Shown here: positions 18,484-27,621 of the stretch, in pieces
Position numbering within the stretch: position 1 is the first letter of the stretch
How the letters are laid out: every line of letters starts with the position of its first letter
From: Hyalangium minutum
GTDB taxonomy: Bacteria > Myxococcota > Myxococcia > Myxococcales > Myxococcaceae
DNA length: 64,000 nucleotides
Assembly: GCF_000737315.1 (NCBI RefSeq)
Contig: NZ_JMCB01000001.1
Coordinates: forward strand, 1-64,000
Reading direction: 5' to 3'
Made by a program: the position numbers and the translations under genes
The notes under the pieces: generated by a model
Seen by the model: only the letters and a program-made list of their open reading frames with translations
What the model was told of the DNA's origin: nothing
The model's database searches: none

Positions 18484-19269
18484 CTAGCGGGAAGGCTCCT
18501 GAAAAGGTGGGTCGGCTAAAGTAACGCGCCCGCCAATCTCCGGGAAACGCTCGTACGCGCGCACGAGCGCCTCTAGGTGCGCGGGGTTGTCGAGATCCAG
18601 CGGCGTATCCGTGAGCCGAACCACCCACCCGCCCGTTGCAGTGCGCCGCGCCCGAGAGAGCAAGTCCGCGTCACGCGAGGGATCCGGGAAGCCGATAGCC
18701 CGAGCGGCAGCATCCGACCAGTAGTTCAGCCACCCAAGGTAATATGGAATCTCCGGCGCGCGGATATGCTCGAAGAGCTTGAGGGCGGGCAGCCCCCGGG
18801 GAGGGGACGGCGGCCCTTCCAACGTGGGTGCTATCTGCTCCGCGATGTCCAACGCAGCGCCGTCCGGCGTCGCATGCCCCCAGAACGCTCGTGCGCCCTC
18901 CGCTACGCGCTCCAGCATCTCCGGCGCTGCCGCGATAGCGGCCGCGTCGACCGGCAACTCCGCACGGACGTTGAGCAGCGGCTGGCCGCCCGGTGACAGA
19001 ATCGCGGGTCTCTTCGACCCGGAAATCGTCACGGGGTAGCTCTCGTCTCCATTGCACAGGAGGGGGATCTTTCCGCGTGTTGCCGCCTCAGCGAGCCAGG
19101 CGTCGCGTTGCGGTAACTCGATGGGGCGCCCTCCTTTGCCCACTTCCCACTCCAAGCGCAAGCCGGGCAGCGCCCGTTCCATGCCACGGACGACAGCGAG
19201 TGTGCGGCCGTCGTGCTCCACGAGCGTAGGCGCGTAGACGGTCAGATCGAGGCGCCTTCGAGTGGTCAT
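18484..19269 (-). CDS. DUF5953-like protein, putative immunity protein
   Basis: LTVYAP, GARAFWGHATP, PEIPYYLGWLNYWS, RFPEIGGR. Start overlaps the upstream toxin stop (ATGA). Confidence 0.8.
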   Translation of the reverse strand: MTTRRRLDLTVYAPTLVEHDGRTLAVVRGMERALPGLRLEWEVGKGGRPIELPQRDAWLAEAATRGKIPLLCNGDESYPVTISGSKRPAILSPGGQPLLNVRAELPVDAAAIAAAPEMLERVAEGARAFWGHATPDGAALDIAEQIAPTLEGPPSPPRGLPALKLFEHIRAPEIPYYLGWLNYWSDAAARAIGFPDPSRDADLLSRARRTATGGWVVRLTDTPLDLDNPAHLEALVRAYERFPEIGGRVTLADPPFQEPSR

Positions 19270-19973
19270 CGTTTGCATCCCGTGACGACAATCTTGAGGG
19301 TGGGATCCTGTCGCCGCAGCGCTTCTTTGTGCGCAGCACTGCTCACCCCAACGACGAAATCATATCCACACGCTACCGCGATGGCGCGCTCCTCCTGAAG
19401 CTCTTCTACTTGATCCTCGATCACCTGCCTCCGGAGGAAGTCAGTGTACGTGTCAAATCGATGGGTCTTGATCTCCCACAGCACACGCACGCCGACTTGC
19501 AGCGCATCAAAGCGCTTGCCGCCAACGAGCACGTCATTGCCGGGGTAGCGGTTCGGCGGAAACTTATCGGCGCACTCGTTATGCGGGGCATCCTCGCCCG
19601 CGTGCGGCACCGGGATGGGTTCACACTCAGAACGGCGGCGCTCCGCCGTCACCGGGGCGGGTGGGCCTCTGTTCGATCCGGCGCTCTCCGGCAAGGGGTT
19701 TGCCTGCGGCTCCTGCGAGGCCCGAGGAGCGTCTCCGGCCCAAAGGCCCGGCTCCCGGGTGGGCGGCAGCTCGCGCTTGTGCGGGCTCCGCGGCAGGGGC
19801 TGGGGGCGAACCTGCCCTGGCTGCCCGCGAGTGGGGAGGCCCGTGCCAGGCACAGCGGGTGGGCGCACAGGCGCCCAGGCGTAGGCCTCAGGCGCTTCTC
19901 GAGAGGTGGCGCACCCAGCGACGACAACGGCAACGGCAACGGCTTGGAGGAGGGCGCTGGCTGAAGAGGGCAT
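19266..19973 (-). CDS. DUF6310-like lipoprotein, REase-fold polymorphic toxin
   Basis: Lipobox VVAGC after ATG at 19973; PD-(D/E)xK-like FDAL...LWEIK; CGYDFVVGVSS. Confidence 0.75.
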   Translation of the reverse strand: MPSSASALLQAVAVAVVVAGCATSREAPEAYAWAPVRPPAVPGTGLPTRGQPGQVRPQPLPRSPHKRELPPTREPGLWAGDAPRASQEPQANPLPESAGSNRGPPAPVTAERRRSECEPIPVPHAGEDAPHNECADKFPPNRYPGNDVLVGGKRFDALQVGVRVLWEIKTHRFDTYTDFLRRQVIEDQVEELQEERAIAVACGYDFVVGVSSAAHKEALRRQDPTLKIVVTGCKR

Positions 19974-20099
19974 GGTGCTCACCGCTTCTCCAGGTGGAGG
20001 AACTGCGGAAGGGCAGAGGAGGCCGAGCTGGACGACAAGGCTACCACGCGCGGGAGCCGTGGACGCCGAGGTTCCGGAAGATCTTTGCCAAGGCGGGAA

Positions 20100-20178
20100 T
20101 ACGGAAACGGCGCTCGACCGAGTTGGAGCGCTCTCGCCAAAAGCTCCGAGCGGCGGGTTCGATTCCCGCCGCCTCCAC
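20100..20178 (+). repeat. 78-bp direct repeat, copy 2; 3' end resembles the tmRNA/tRNA T-arm and acceptor strand (att-like site)
   Basis: cggcggg-ttcgatt-cccgccg hairpin (20151-20171) followed by cctccac. No 5' half of a tRNA or tmRNA is visible. Confidence 0.85.
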
Positions 20179-20222
20179 TGAGCCTCGTAGCGCCAGTGCC
20201 TGGAGGTCAGTGCCAACGGCGC

Positions 20223-21605
20223 TCAGGCTCCGAAGGACTGCGTGAGGCGCGCAATGGCTCCGGGCAGGCCGCGCACGCGGAGCTTGCGCCCGCTCTCATC
20301 GAAGGACTCGGAGAGCACCGTCGTGTGCTCGTACACCTCGCTGATGCGCGACTGGGAGGCGTAGGGGATCACCAGGTCCGCATCGACCATGGAGGCCGCG
20401 AAGGCGCTCAGGATGCGCTCGCGCAGGAGCCCCACGTCCTCTGGCCGGTGCGCGGAGAGCAGCATCGCCTCCGGGTGGCGCGAGCGCAGCGCCTCTTGTG
20501 CCGCCGCATCCAGCCGGTCCACCTTGTTGAAGAGCAGCTGGCTCGGGACGGCGTCCGCTCCGATCTCCCGCAGCACCGTGCGGGTGACCTCCAGCTGCGT
20601 GTTCCAGGTGGGATCGGACGCATCCACCACGTACAGCAGCAGCGAAGCCTCGAGCGCCTCGTCGAGCGTGGAGCGGAAGGAGGCGACGAGATCATGCGGC
20701 AGCTTCTGGATGAAGCCCACCGTGTCCGAGACGAGCACGCGCGGACGGCTCTCTGGCTGCAGGGCCCGCACCGTGGTGTCGAGGGTGGCGAAGAGCTGGT
20801 CGGCCACCAGCACCTCACTGCCGGTCAGGGCGCGCATCAGCGAGGACTTGCCTGCGTTGGTGTAGCCGACCAGCGCCACGCGCAGCTGGTCGCGGCGCGC
20901 GTAGCGGCGCTGGTCCTGGTCCTTCTGGATGGCGGCGAGCCCCTCGCGCAGCTCGGCGAGGCGGTCGCGAATCTTTCGGCGGTCGAGCTCCACGGCGGAG
21001 TCCCCGGAGCCGCGGCCCTGCTGCCGCTCCCTTCCTCCGGTGGACTCGCGCAGGCGGGGCGCGAGGTAGTTAAGCCGGGCGATCTCCACCTGCATGCGCG
21101 CCTCGTGGCTGCGCGCGTGCCGGTGGAAGATGTCCACGATGACGCCTGTGCGATCCAGCACCTGCGCCCCGGTGGCCTTCTCCAGGTTGCGCAGCTGGCT
21201 CGGGGAGAGCTCGTGGTCCACGACTACAATCGTGGGGCGCTGCGCCACCTCGCCTGGGGCGTCCTCCGCGGGCGGTGCGGCCTCCTCGTCTCCGGGCTCC
21301 TCGTGTGCTGCGTCCGCGGACTCCCAGCGCTCGCGCGCCTTCGATGTCCGCTCCTGCGCGCCGGATGCGATGACGCCGCTGCCGCCGGTGAGCTGCGCCA
21401 GCTCCTTGAGCTTGCCGGTGCCCAGCACCGTCCCGGAAGCCAGCCCCTCGCGGCGCTGGCTCACGGTGGCCACCGCGTCGTAGCCCAGGGTCTTTACCAG
21501 CCGGGCGAGTTCCGCGAGGTCTGCGGCGTGCTCCGCGTCCGAGACGTCGGGGAGTTGCACGCCGACGAGGACAGCAAGAGGACGGGCAGAGAGGGTCTTC
21601 GGCAT
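20223..21605 (-). CDS. hflX: GTPase HflX
   Basis: ILDRT-like VLDRTGVIVDIF, ELDRR, GYTNAGKSS, LFATLDTT, DTVGFI, NKVD. Confidence 0.95.
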   Translation of the reverse strand: MPKTLSARPLAVLVGVQLPDVSDAEHAADLAELARLVKTLGYDAVATVSQRREGLASGTVLGTGKLKELAQLTGGSGVIASGAQERTSKARERWESADAAHEEPGDEEAAPPAEDAPGEVAQRPTIVVVDHELSPSQLRNLEKATGAQVLDRTGVIVDIFHRHARSHEARMQVEIARLNYLAPRLRESTGGRERQQGRGSGDSAVELDRRKIRDRLAELREGLAAIQKDQDQRRYARRDQLRVALVGYTNAGKSSLMRALTGSEVLVADQLFATLDTTVRALQPESRPRVLVSDTVGFIQKLPHDLVASFRSTLDEALEASLLLYVVDASDPTWNTQLEVTRTVLREIGADAVPSQLLFNKVDRLDAAAQEALRSRHPEAMLLSAHRPEDVGLLRERILSAFAASMVDADLVIPYASQSRISEVYEHTTVLSESFDESGRKLRVRGLPGAIARLTQSFGA

Positions 21606-21780
21606 GCAACTGCTCATACCACGCCGTTCCGCGTCAACGTGGTGGCGTCCGCGCCGCCCCCCGGTGCGTCCGAGGCCCTGCGCGACATCGAGGTGGACAA
21701 GCTCCGCCCATAGCGAGCCCTCGTCTGCCCCCTCGCTTGCGCGGGCACAGCCATCCGTTCGTGGCTATCTAAACGGTGTC

Positions 21781-22173
21781 ATGGATGGTGGCGCACCCGA
21801 ATCTCCGCTTTCGCTTCTCTGCCGCGGCTGCGGCCTGTGCTGCGATGGCAGCCTCTTCAGCCATGTCGGGCTAGAGCCCGAGGAAGTCGGCCAGCTCCAC
21901 GCACTGGGAATTCCCACGCGGACCCTTCGCAGCGGTACGGAGGTGCTTCCGCAGAGGTGCTCCGCGCTCAAGGGCCGCGACTGTGGGATCTACGCAGCCC
22001 GTCCGGCGAGCTGCGCTGCGTATCACTGCGTGCTCGCTGCCTCTCTCCTCGAGGACCGGGTCACCCTAGAGGAGGCACAGGCCATCGTGAAAAAGGCACA
22101 GCGCCTCATTGCGGACGGTCACGCCCGAAGATTTCTGCGACAACAGTTCCGCGGCCGCAAAGGGCTCGACTGA
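21781..22173 (+). CDS. YkgJ family cysteine-cluster protein
   Basis: CRGCGLCCDG ... CSAL...CGIYAARPASCAAYHC. Confidence 0.85.
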   Translation: MDGGAPESPLSLLCRGCGLCCDGSLFSHVGLEPEEVGQLHALGIPTRTLRSGTEVLPQRCSALKGRDCGIYAARPASCAAYHCVLAASLLEDRVTLEEAQAIVKKAQRLIADGHARRFLRQQFRGRKGLD

Positions 22174-22230
22174 TCCTGCCTCGCCTCCGCCACCTGCTGA
22201 GCATCCCCAGTGACTCTGTCGGCGTGCTGC

Positions 22231-25200
22231 TCACGGGGTGACACGCTCCCGGCGGCGGCGACGCCCTGCCCAGGTGGCGAGGGCCGATAGCACGGCCAGC
22301 GCCGCGCCCGCGCCTCCACCGTCGGCCTGACAGCCGCAGCCGCTACTCGACTCCTCCCAGGCCTGAACGGTGACGTTGAACGAGCACTGCGCGGCGTTTC
22401 CGGCGGCGTCCGTCGCGGTGACGGTGACGCGGGTCTCCCCCTGAGGAAAGAGGGAGCCGGACTCCGGCGACGCGGTCACCGTCGGATTCGCGGTGATGAC
22501 GTCGGTCGCGGTGGCGGGGGGATACGACACCAGCGCCCCCGCCGGCCCCGTCGCCTCCACGACCAGGTCCACCGGGCAGGTGATGTCCGGAGGCGTCTGG
22601 TCGACCACGCCGAGCGTCACGGTGGCGACGTTGCTGTCCAGACCGCAGTCCCGCACCCGGAAGGTGAAGCTGTCCGGCCCCGAGTAGCCCGAGGCGGGCG
22701 TGTACGTGACGGAGGGCGGCGTACCGCTCAGCGTCCCGTGAGCTGGAGGGGTGACGATGACGAAGGTCAGCGGAGGTCCCGCCTCGGCATCCGTCGCCAC
22801 CAGCGACAGATTCACGGGCACACCGTACGGCGTGGAGCCCGTCAGGTCCTGCGCCACCGGCGCGGTGTTCTGCACCACCCTCACCATCCGCCCGCCGCCT
22901 ATCGCGTTGGCGAAGACGGAGAGCACATAGGCACCCGGCGTCGCGCTGGCGGGAATGGACACCGTCACGCCCGTGGCGGACATCTCGGTGCCCGGCAACG
23001 TCCAGAGCCGGCGCCCCTCGGACGCCTGCAACCGCACCAGCGGGAAGTTCGTCGCGGAGTCCCTGAAGTCTCCCATGCTGGCTCCGGAGATGCCCCGGAA
23101 CAGCGTCCCGGTGATGCGCGCAGGACAGGCGCTCACCATCTCGTCGAGTCCCGTCACCACCGAACGCCAAGCCGGCTGCCCCCCGGTGTCCTCGTACAGC
23201 TCAGCGCTTGACAGCCACACGCCCCCGGCGCCCTGCCCTCCCAGCGCGAGCACCTCGCTCGAGGGCAGCACGACGGTGTCGAAGCGCAGCCGCTGGGCAG
23301 CGAGGCCCGACACGGGCTTCCAGGTGTTCGTCGCGCCGTCGTACAGCTCCGCGGTGGCGAGCACCGTGCTCCCGGGCCCCTGCCCTCCCGCGACGAGGAC
23401 CCGGCCGGAGGGCAGCAGCGAGGCCGAATGGAGTGCGCGCGCGCCAGCCAGTGTCCCCGCCGGGGCCCAGGTGTTGGAGACCGGGTCATACACCTCAGCC
23501 GACGCCAGCGCCGTCGCGAGCGAGGTCCCCGCCACCGCCAGCACCCGGCCCGACGGCAGCAGCGTCAGGGTGAAGGAGGCCCGTGCCTGCGAGAGACCCG
23601 CAGCAGGGGCCCACGTGTTGGAGGCCGGGTCATACAGCTCCGCCGAGGCCAGCGGCACGCCCCCGTTCTCGCCACCCGCCACCAGGACCCGGCCGTCGTG
23701 CAGCAGCACGGCCGCGTGACGCAAGCGAGGCGTGGCGGCCGGCCCGGCAGAGCTCCACACGTTCGCAACCGGGTCATACAGCTCCGCCGTCCCCGTGCCC
23801 GCCCCCCCCACGACGAGCACCCGGCCCGAGCCAAGCACCGTCGCGGTGTGCCCATCCCTGGCGGTCGTCATCGAGCCTGCGGGCGTCCAGGTATCGGCCA
23901 CGGGATCGTACAGCTCCGCCGAGGCCAGTGGCCCCACGCCATTCTCACCTCCGACAGCGAGCACCCGGCCGGACGGCAGCAGGCGCAGCGTTGCGCGCTC
24001 GCGCGCGGTGGTCATGGAGGCGGCGGGAGCCCAGGCGTTGCTCGCGCGAGTGTAGCGCTCCGCCGTCCCGAGCACGCCACTCGCGCCCCGGCCTCCCGCG
24101 ACCAGCACCTCTCCCGACGGCAGCAGCACGGCCGCGGAGCCCCGGCCCTGCACGAGATTGCCGGCCGGAGCCCAGCGGTTGCTGGAGGACTCATAAAGCT
24201 CCACGTTCGCATAGAAGGTCAGGCTCGGGTTCGAGCTGTAGCCCCCCATGACGAGCACCTGACCGGTCGTCAGCAGGGTGGCGGTGGCATTGTCGCGAGC
24301 CACCGCCAGCGTACCGGCGGCGGCCCAGGTCCCCGTCGCAGGGTCATACAGCTCCGACACGGGCTGCGGGTTGCGCGCCCCGTCCGAGCCACCCTGGACC
24401 AGGACCTTGCCATTGGGCAGAAGAGTGGCCGTGTGCCCATTTCGCGGATGGATGAGCGCGCCGGTGGCTGTCCACGTGTTGGCCACCGGGTCATAGAGCT
24501 CCGCGTGGGTGGTGACCCCCGCGCTCGTGAAGCCTCCCGCGAAGAGGACACGGCCATCGGGGAGCATCGTCGCGGTCGCATAGTGCCGGGGAACCAGGGG
24601 AGGCGCCGCCAGCGACCAGGTCCCTGCGGCGGGGTCATAGAACTCCGCGACGGGCACCTCGCCCGAGACGTTGTTGAAGCCGCTGACCACCAGCACCCGG
24701 CCGTCCCTCAGCGAGGTGGCGGTGTGGGCCCGGCGGGCGACGGACATGGAGCCTGTGGCGGTGAAGGTGTTCGTCGCGGCGTCGTAGAGCTCTGCCGTGC
24801 TCAGGTTGGAGCCTCCCGCGACGAGCACCTGCCCCGAGGACAGGAGGGTGAGGGTGCTCAGGCTGCGAGGTGCGGACATCGCCCCCGTGGCGGACCAGGT
24901 GTTCGTCGCGGCGTCATGGAGGCGTGCCGACTGGCTGCCGTCCGTGACGATGAAAGCCTTCCCGGTGGGAAGCAGGACACCCGACATGATGTTGCCCTGG
25001 ATGCCGGGACTTCCGGCGGAGGCCCAGGTGCCGGTCTCAGGGTCGAAGCGCTCGGCGGCACTCACGAACCCGTTCCGGTTGACGCCGCCCGCCACCAGGA
25101 TGCTGCCATCGGGCAGGAGCAGCGAGACGTGCTGGGCCCTCGCGCCCGCCATGCTGGCCGTCGACGACCAGCCCGGGGCCGCCACCACGTCGGCGGCAAG

Positions 25201-25335
25201 CTCGGGGAAGGAGGCCCGCGCCAGGGAGACGGCCTCCGCCGAGGACGGCAGAGTGCCCTTCTCCTCGCATGCGAGGACGAAGACACCGCAGAGCACCACG
25301 AAGATGAGGCGGCCCGAGCTCCAACCTGATTGCAT
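22231..25335 (-). CDS. Kelch-repeat surface protein with Ig-like/Big_9 and HYR domains and MYXO-CTERM anchor
   Basis: Many GRVLVAGG...AELYDP units; TYTPASGYSGPDSFTFRV; DQTPPDITCP; C-terminal SSGCGCQ...TM...RRRRR. Confidence 0.9.
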   Translation of the reverse strand: MQSGWSSGRLIFVVLCGVFVLACEEKGTLPSSAEAVSLARASFPELAADVVAAPGWSSTASMAGARAQHVSLLLPDGSILVAGGVNRNGFVSAAERFDPETGTWASAGSPGIQGNIMSGVLLPTGKAFIVTDGSQSARLHDAATNTWSATGAMSAPRSLSTLTLLSSGQVLVAGGSNLSTAELYDAATNTFTATGSMSVARRAHTATSLRDGRVLVVSGFNNVSGEVPVAEFYDPAAGTWSLAAPPLVPRHYATATMLPDGRVLFAGGFTSAGVTTHAELYDPVANTWTATGALIHPRNGHTATLLPNGKVLVQGGSDGARNPQPVSELYDPATGTWAAAGTLAVARDNATATLLTTGQVLVMGGYSSNPSLTFYANVELYESSSNRWAPAGNLVQGRGSAAVLLPSGEVLVAGGRGASGVLGTAERYTRASNAWAPAASMTTARERATLRLLPSGRVLAVGGENGVGPLASAELYDPVADTWTPAGSMTTARDGHTATVLGSGRVLVVGGAGTGTAELYDPVANVWSSAGPAATPRLRHAAVLLHDGRVLVAGGENGGVPLASAELYDPASNTWAPAAGLSQARASFTLTLLPSGRVLAVAGTSLATALASAEVYDPVSNTWAPAGTLAGARALHSASLLPSGRVLVAGGQGPGSTVLATAELYDGATNTWKPVSGLAAQRLRFDTVVLPSSEVLALGGQGAGGVWLSSAELYEDTGGQPAWRSVVTGLDEMVSACPARITGTLFRGISGASMGDFRDSATNFPLVRLQASEGRRLWTLPGTEMSATGVTVSIPASATPGAYVLSVFANAIGGGRMVRVVQNTAPVAQDLTGSTPYGVPVNLSLVATDAEAGPPLTFVIVTPPAHGTLSGTPPSVTYTPASGYSGPDSFTFRVRDCGLDSNVATVTLGVVDQTPPDITCPVDLVVEATGPAGALVSYPPATATDVITANPTVTASPESGSLFPQGETRVTVTATDAAGNAAQCSFNVTVQAWEESSSGCGCQADGGGAGAALAVLSALATWAGRRRRRERVTP

Positions 25336-25661
25336 TCGCCCTCCAGGCCCAGACCTGCGCCATGGGTTGACGCGCCGGGGGGCACGCCCCACGCGGAAGT
25401 CCTCCGCGTGTGACACAGCGTGTAGCACGCTCCGAGCGACTCCGGGTCCAGACTGACACGCTCCCCAGGCTGCTCCCGCCGGACTCGCTCCGGGGCACCA
25501 CGCTCAACCCGGAGGCACGTTTGGGGCCCCGTCTTCGTGGACTGGCCACGCTGCTGGAGGAGGCGAGTGACGAAATCCGCCGGCCACCGCGCATCGCGCG
25601 GACGGGTCGGGCATCTGACGGGCGCACGAAGGCGCGGGATTCAACCCTGGAGGACAACGGC

Positions 25662-26360
25662 ATGAAGATTGGAATTATTGGCGCGGGCTTGATTGGCGGG
25701 ACCCTGGCCCGGCGCTGGGTGCAGCTGGGGCATGACGTGTCCATCGCGAACTCGCGCGGGCCGGAGACGCTCAAGGACGTGGCGAAGGAGACGGGCGCGA
25801 AGGCCGTCACCGTCCAGGAGGCGGCCAAGGCGACCGACGTCATCGTGGTGACCATCCCCCAGAAGGCGGTGCCCGCGCTGCCCAAGGGCCTCTTCGCGAA
25901 CACGCCCAAGGACGCGGTGATCATCGACACGGGCAATTACTACCCCGTGCGCGACGGCCAGATTCAGGCGCTCGACAACGGCCAGGTGGAGAGCGAGTGG
26001 GTCGCGTCGCTCATCGGCCGTCCGGTCATCAAGGTCTTCAACAATATCTTCTTCAAGAGCCTGGGCGAGAATGGCAGGCCCCAGGGCACGCCGGGGCGCA
26101 TCGCGCTGCCGGTCGCGGGGGACTCGCCGGAGGCCAAGGCCAAGGTGCTCAAGTGGGTGGAGGAGCTGGGCTTCGACGCCATCGACGCTGGCAGCCTCGC
26201 CGACTCCTGGCGCCAGCAGCCCGGCACCCCCGTCTACACGCAGGACAGGGACGCCGCGGGCGTGAAGGCGGCCCTGGCCGAGGCAAAGCGCGAGCGCCTG
26301 CCGGAGTACCGCAACGCCGCCAACCAGTGGCTGAAGGACTTCCTCGCCAAGCAGGGCTGA
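25662..26360 (+). CDS. NADPH-dependent F420 reductase-like oxidoreductase
   Basis: MKIGIIGAGLIGGTLA, ANSRGPETL, IDTGNYYP, VIKVFNNI; RBS ggagg. Confidence 0.9.
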   Translation: MKIGIIGAGLIGGTLARRWVQLGHDVSIANSRGPETLKDVAKETGAKAVTVQEAAKATDVIVVTIPQKAVPALPKGLFANTPKDAVIIDTGNYYPVRDGQIQALDNGQVESEWVASLIGRPVIKVFNNIFFKSLGENGRPQGTPGRIALPVAGDSPEAKAKVLKWVEELGFDAIDAGSLADSWRQQPGTPVYTQDRDAAGVKAALAEAKRERLPEYRNAANQWLKDFLAKQG

Positions 26361-26784
26361 GCGCTCACGCCAGCGGCTTGAGCACCGCGTAGTCGAATGG
26401 CGCGGCGGGCGGCATCGCGCAGGCCCACACGTCGAAGTCGAGTATGGCGCTCGTCGCGTTCCCACAGGGATTGACGTGGCCAGGGGACGCGATGGGGTGG
26501 CTGGGGGTGGCCTACGTCTGGAGGAGCCGCGCCTTCCCGGCGGAGCGCAGTCCTCGTGTTGCGTCTCCTCCAGCAGCGCCAGTGGTTCGCCGCGTCAGAG
26601 CAGCTCGAGGATGGCTCTGCCGCGGGTGGGCACCCCGCAGCCTGCGGAATCTTTGCATCAATTTCTACCTCGTCGGCTCCCTCCAGCAAGCGGGGCCCGC
26701 TCAGTCCAAAGGAATGGACTCGGGACACGCGGAACACCCACCCTTGCATGTCACACCCTGCCCCAGGGCAGAGGGAGGTCGAAA

Positions 26785-27360
26785 ATGAGGAAGTCCATCG
26801 CAGCCATGTTCACCCTGGCGATAGCGCTCATCTCCACGGGAGTCAGCGCCCAGACACTCCAGGCCAATCAGGCCCTGATGGCGGGCCAGCAGATCTACTC
26901 CTCGAATGGGAATTACAAGCTCGTCCTGCAGGCCAGTGACGGGAACCTGGTCGTGTATCGCGTCAGCACCAACGCCGTGATCTGGGCCACGAATGTCCTC
27001 GGCAGTGTCAGCAGCAACACGGGCGCGGTCATGCAGACTGACCGGAACTTTGTTGTTTATGGAGACATCACAAATCCTGCCAGCTATCGCTGGAATTCTG
27101 GGACGGGCGCTGCTGTCGTGGACACCGCCGCCTACCTCAAGCTGGGGGATGATGGCTCTTTGACCATCTATTCGGGTGCTGGGCTGAAGGTCTGGAGCAC
27201 GCCTGGGGAAGCGTGTCCTAACGGCGGCAGACTCGAATTGTATCCGGTGTGTGCTTACCCTGGGCCATTCCAACAAACCGTGCCGGTGCCTGCCTGCAAT
27301 TGGTCCGAGGCCGCCGCCTCTGCAGCCAGCATGAATGGCTACGTGGGGCCTTGCCGATAG
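26785..27360 (+). CDS. Secreted bulb-type (B) lectin domain protein
   Basis: Signal peptide; QxDxNxVxY motifs (LQASDGNLVVY, MQTDRNFVVY) and LGDDGSLTIY; RBS gggagg. Confidence 0.85.
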   Translation: MRKSIAAMFTLAIALISTGVSAQTLQANQALMAGQQIYSSNGNYKLVLQASDGNLVVYRVSTNAVIWATNVLGSVSSNTGAVMQTDRNFVVYGDITNPASYRWNSGTGAAVVDTAAYLKLGDDGSLTIYSGAGLKVWSTPGEACPNGGRLELYPVCAYPGPFQQTVPVPACNWSEAAASAASMNGYVGPCR

Positions 27361-27621
27361 TCCCTCGATCTGCCCGGCGCCCACGCCGCGCCCCGGACCG
27401 CAGCAGCCTGTATGCCCGCAAAGGAATACTGGCTGCTCAAGGGGCGCAGCATCACTTGCATCAGAGTGCTGTCCCTGATTGATGCGGCCAGCGCAGCATC
27501 GCCTCGCAGCGCGCCTCGGCGGTGAGCTGACCGCCGGGCGCGCCGGATGAGGGCGCTAGACGGAGATCTCCTAATTGAAGATGTGGGAACTTGCTCCCTG
27601 CCCACTCTCAAGTCCCCGCTG

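Noticed and set aside
19563-19571. ttatcgg motif resembling the sigma28 -10 box
   Set aside because: Lies inside the toxin coding sequence (Ala-Asp-Lys codons) with no matching -35.
20140-20180. Full tRNA or tmRNA gene
   Set aside because: Only a T-arm and 3' acceptor-like strand are present; no D-arm, anticodon arm, 5' strand or tag ORF, and it ends CACT rather than CCA.
19974-20216. N-terminal extension of the toxin ORF (WRRRESNP...)
   Set aside because: This is the antisense read-through of the T-arm repeat; the real start is the lipoprotein ATG at 19973.
26368-26470. Possible gene tail on the minus strand (ILDFDVWACAMPPAAPFDYAVLKPLA-stop)
   Set aside because: Too short, with no start or recognisable family; may be a remnant but cannot be supported.
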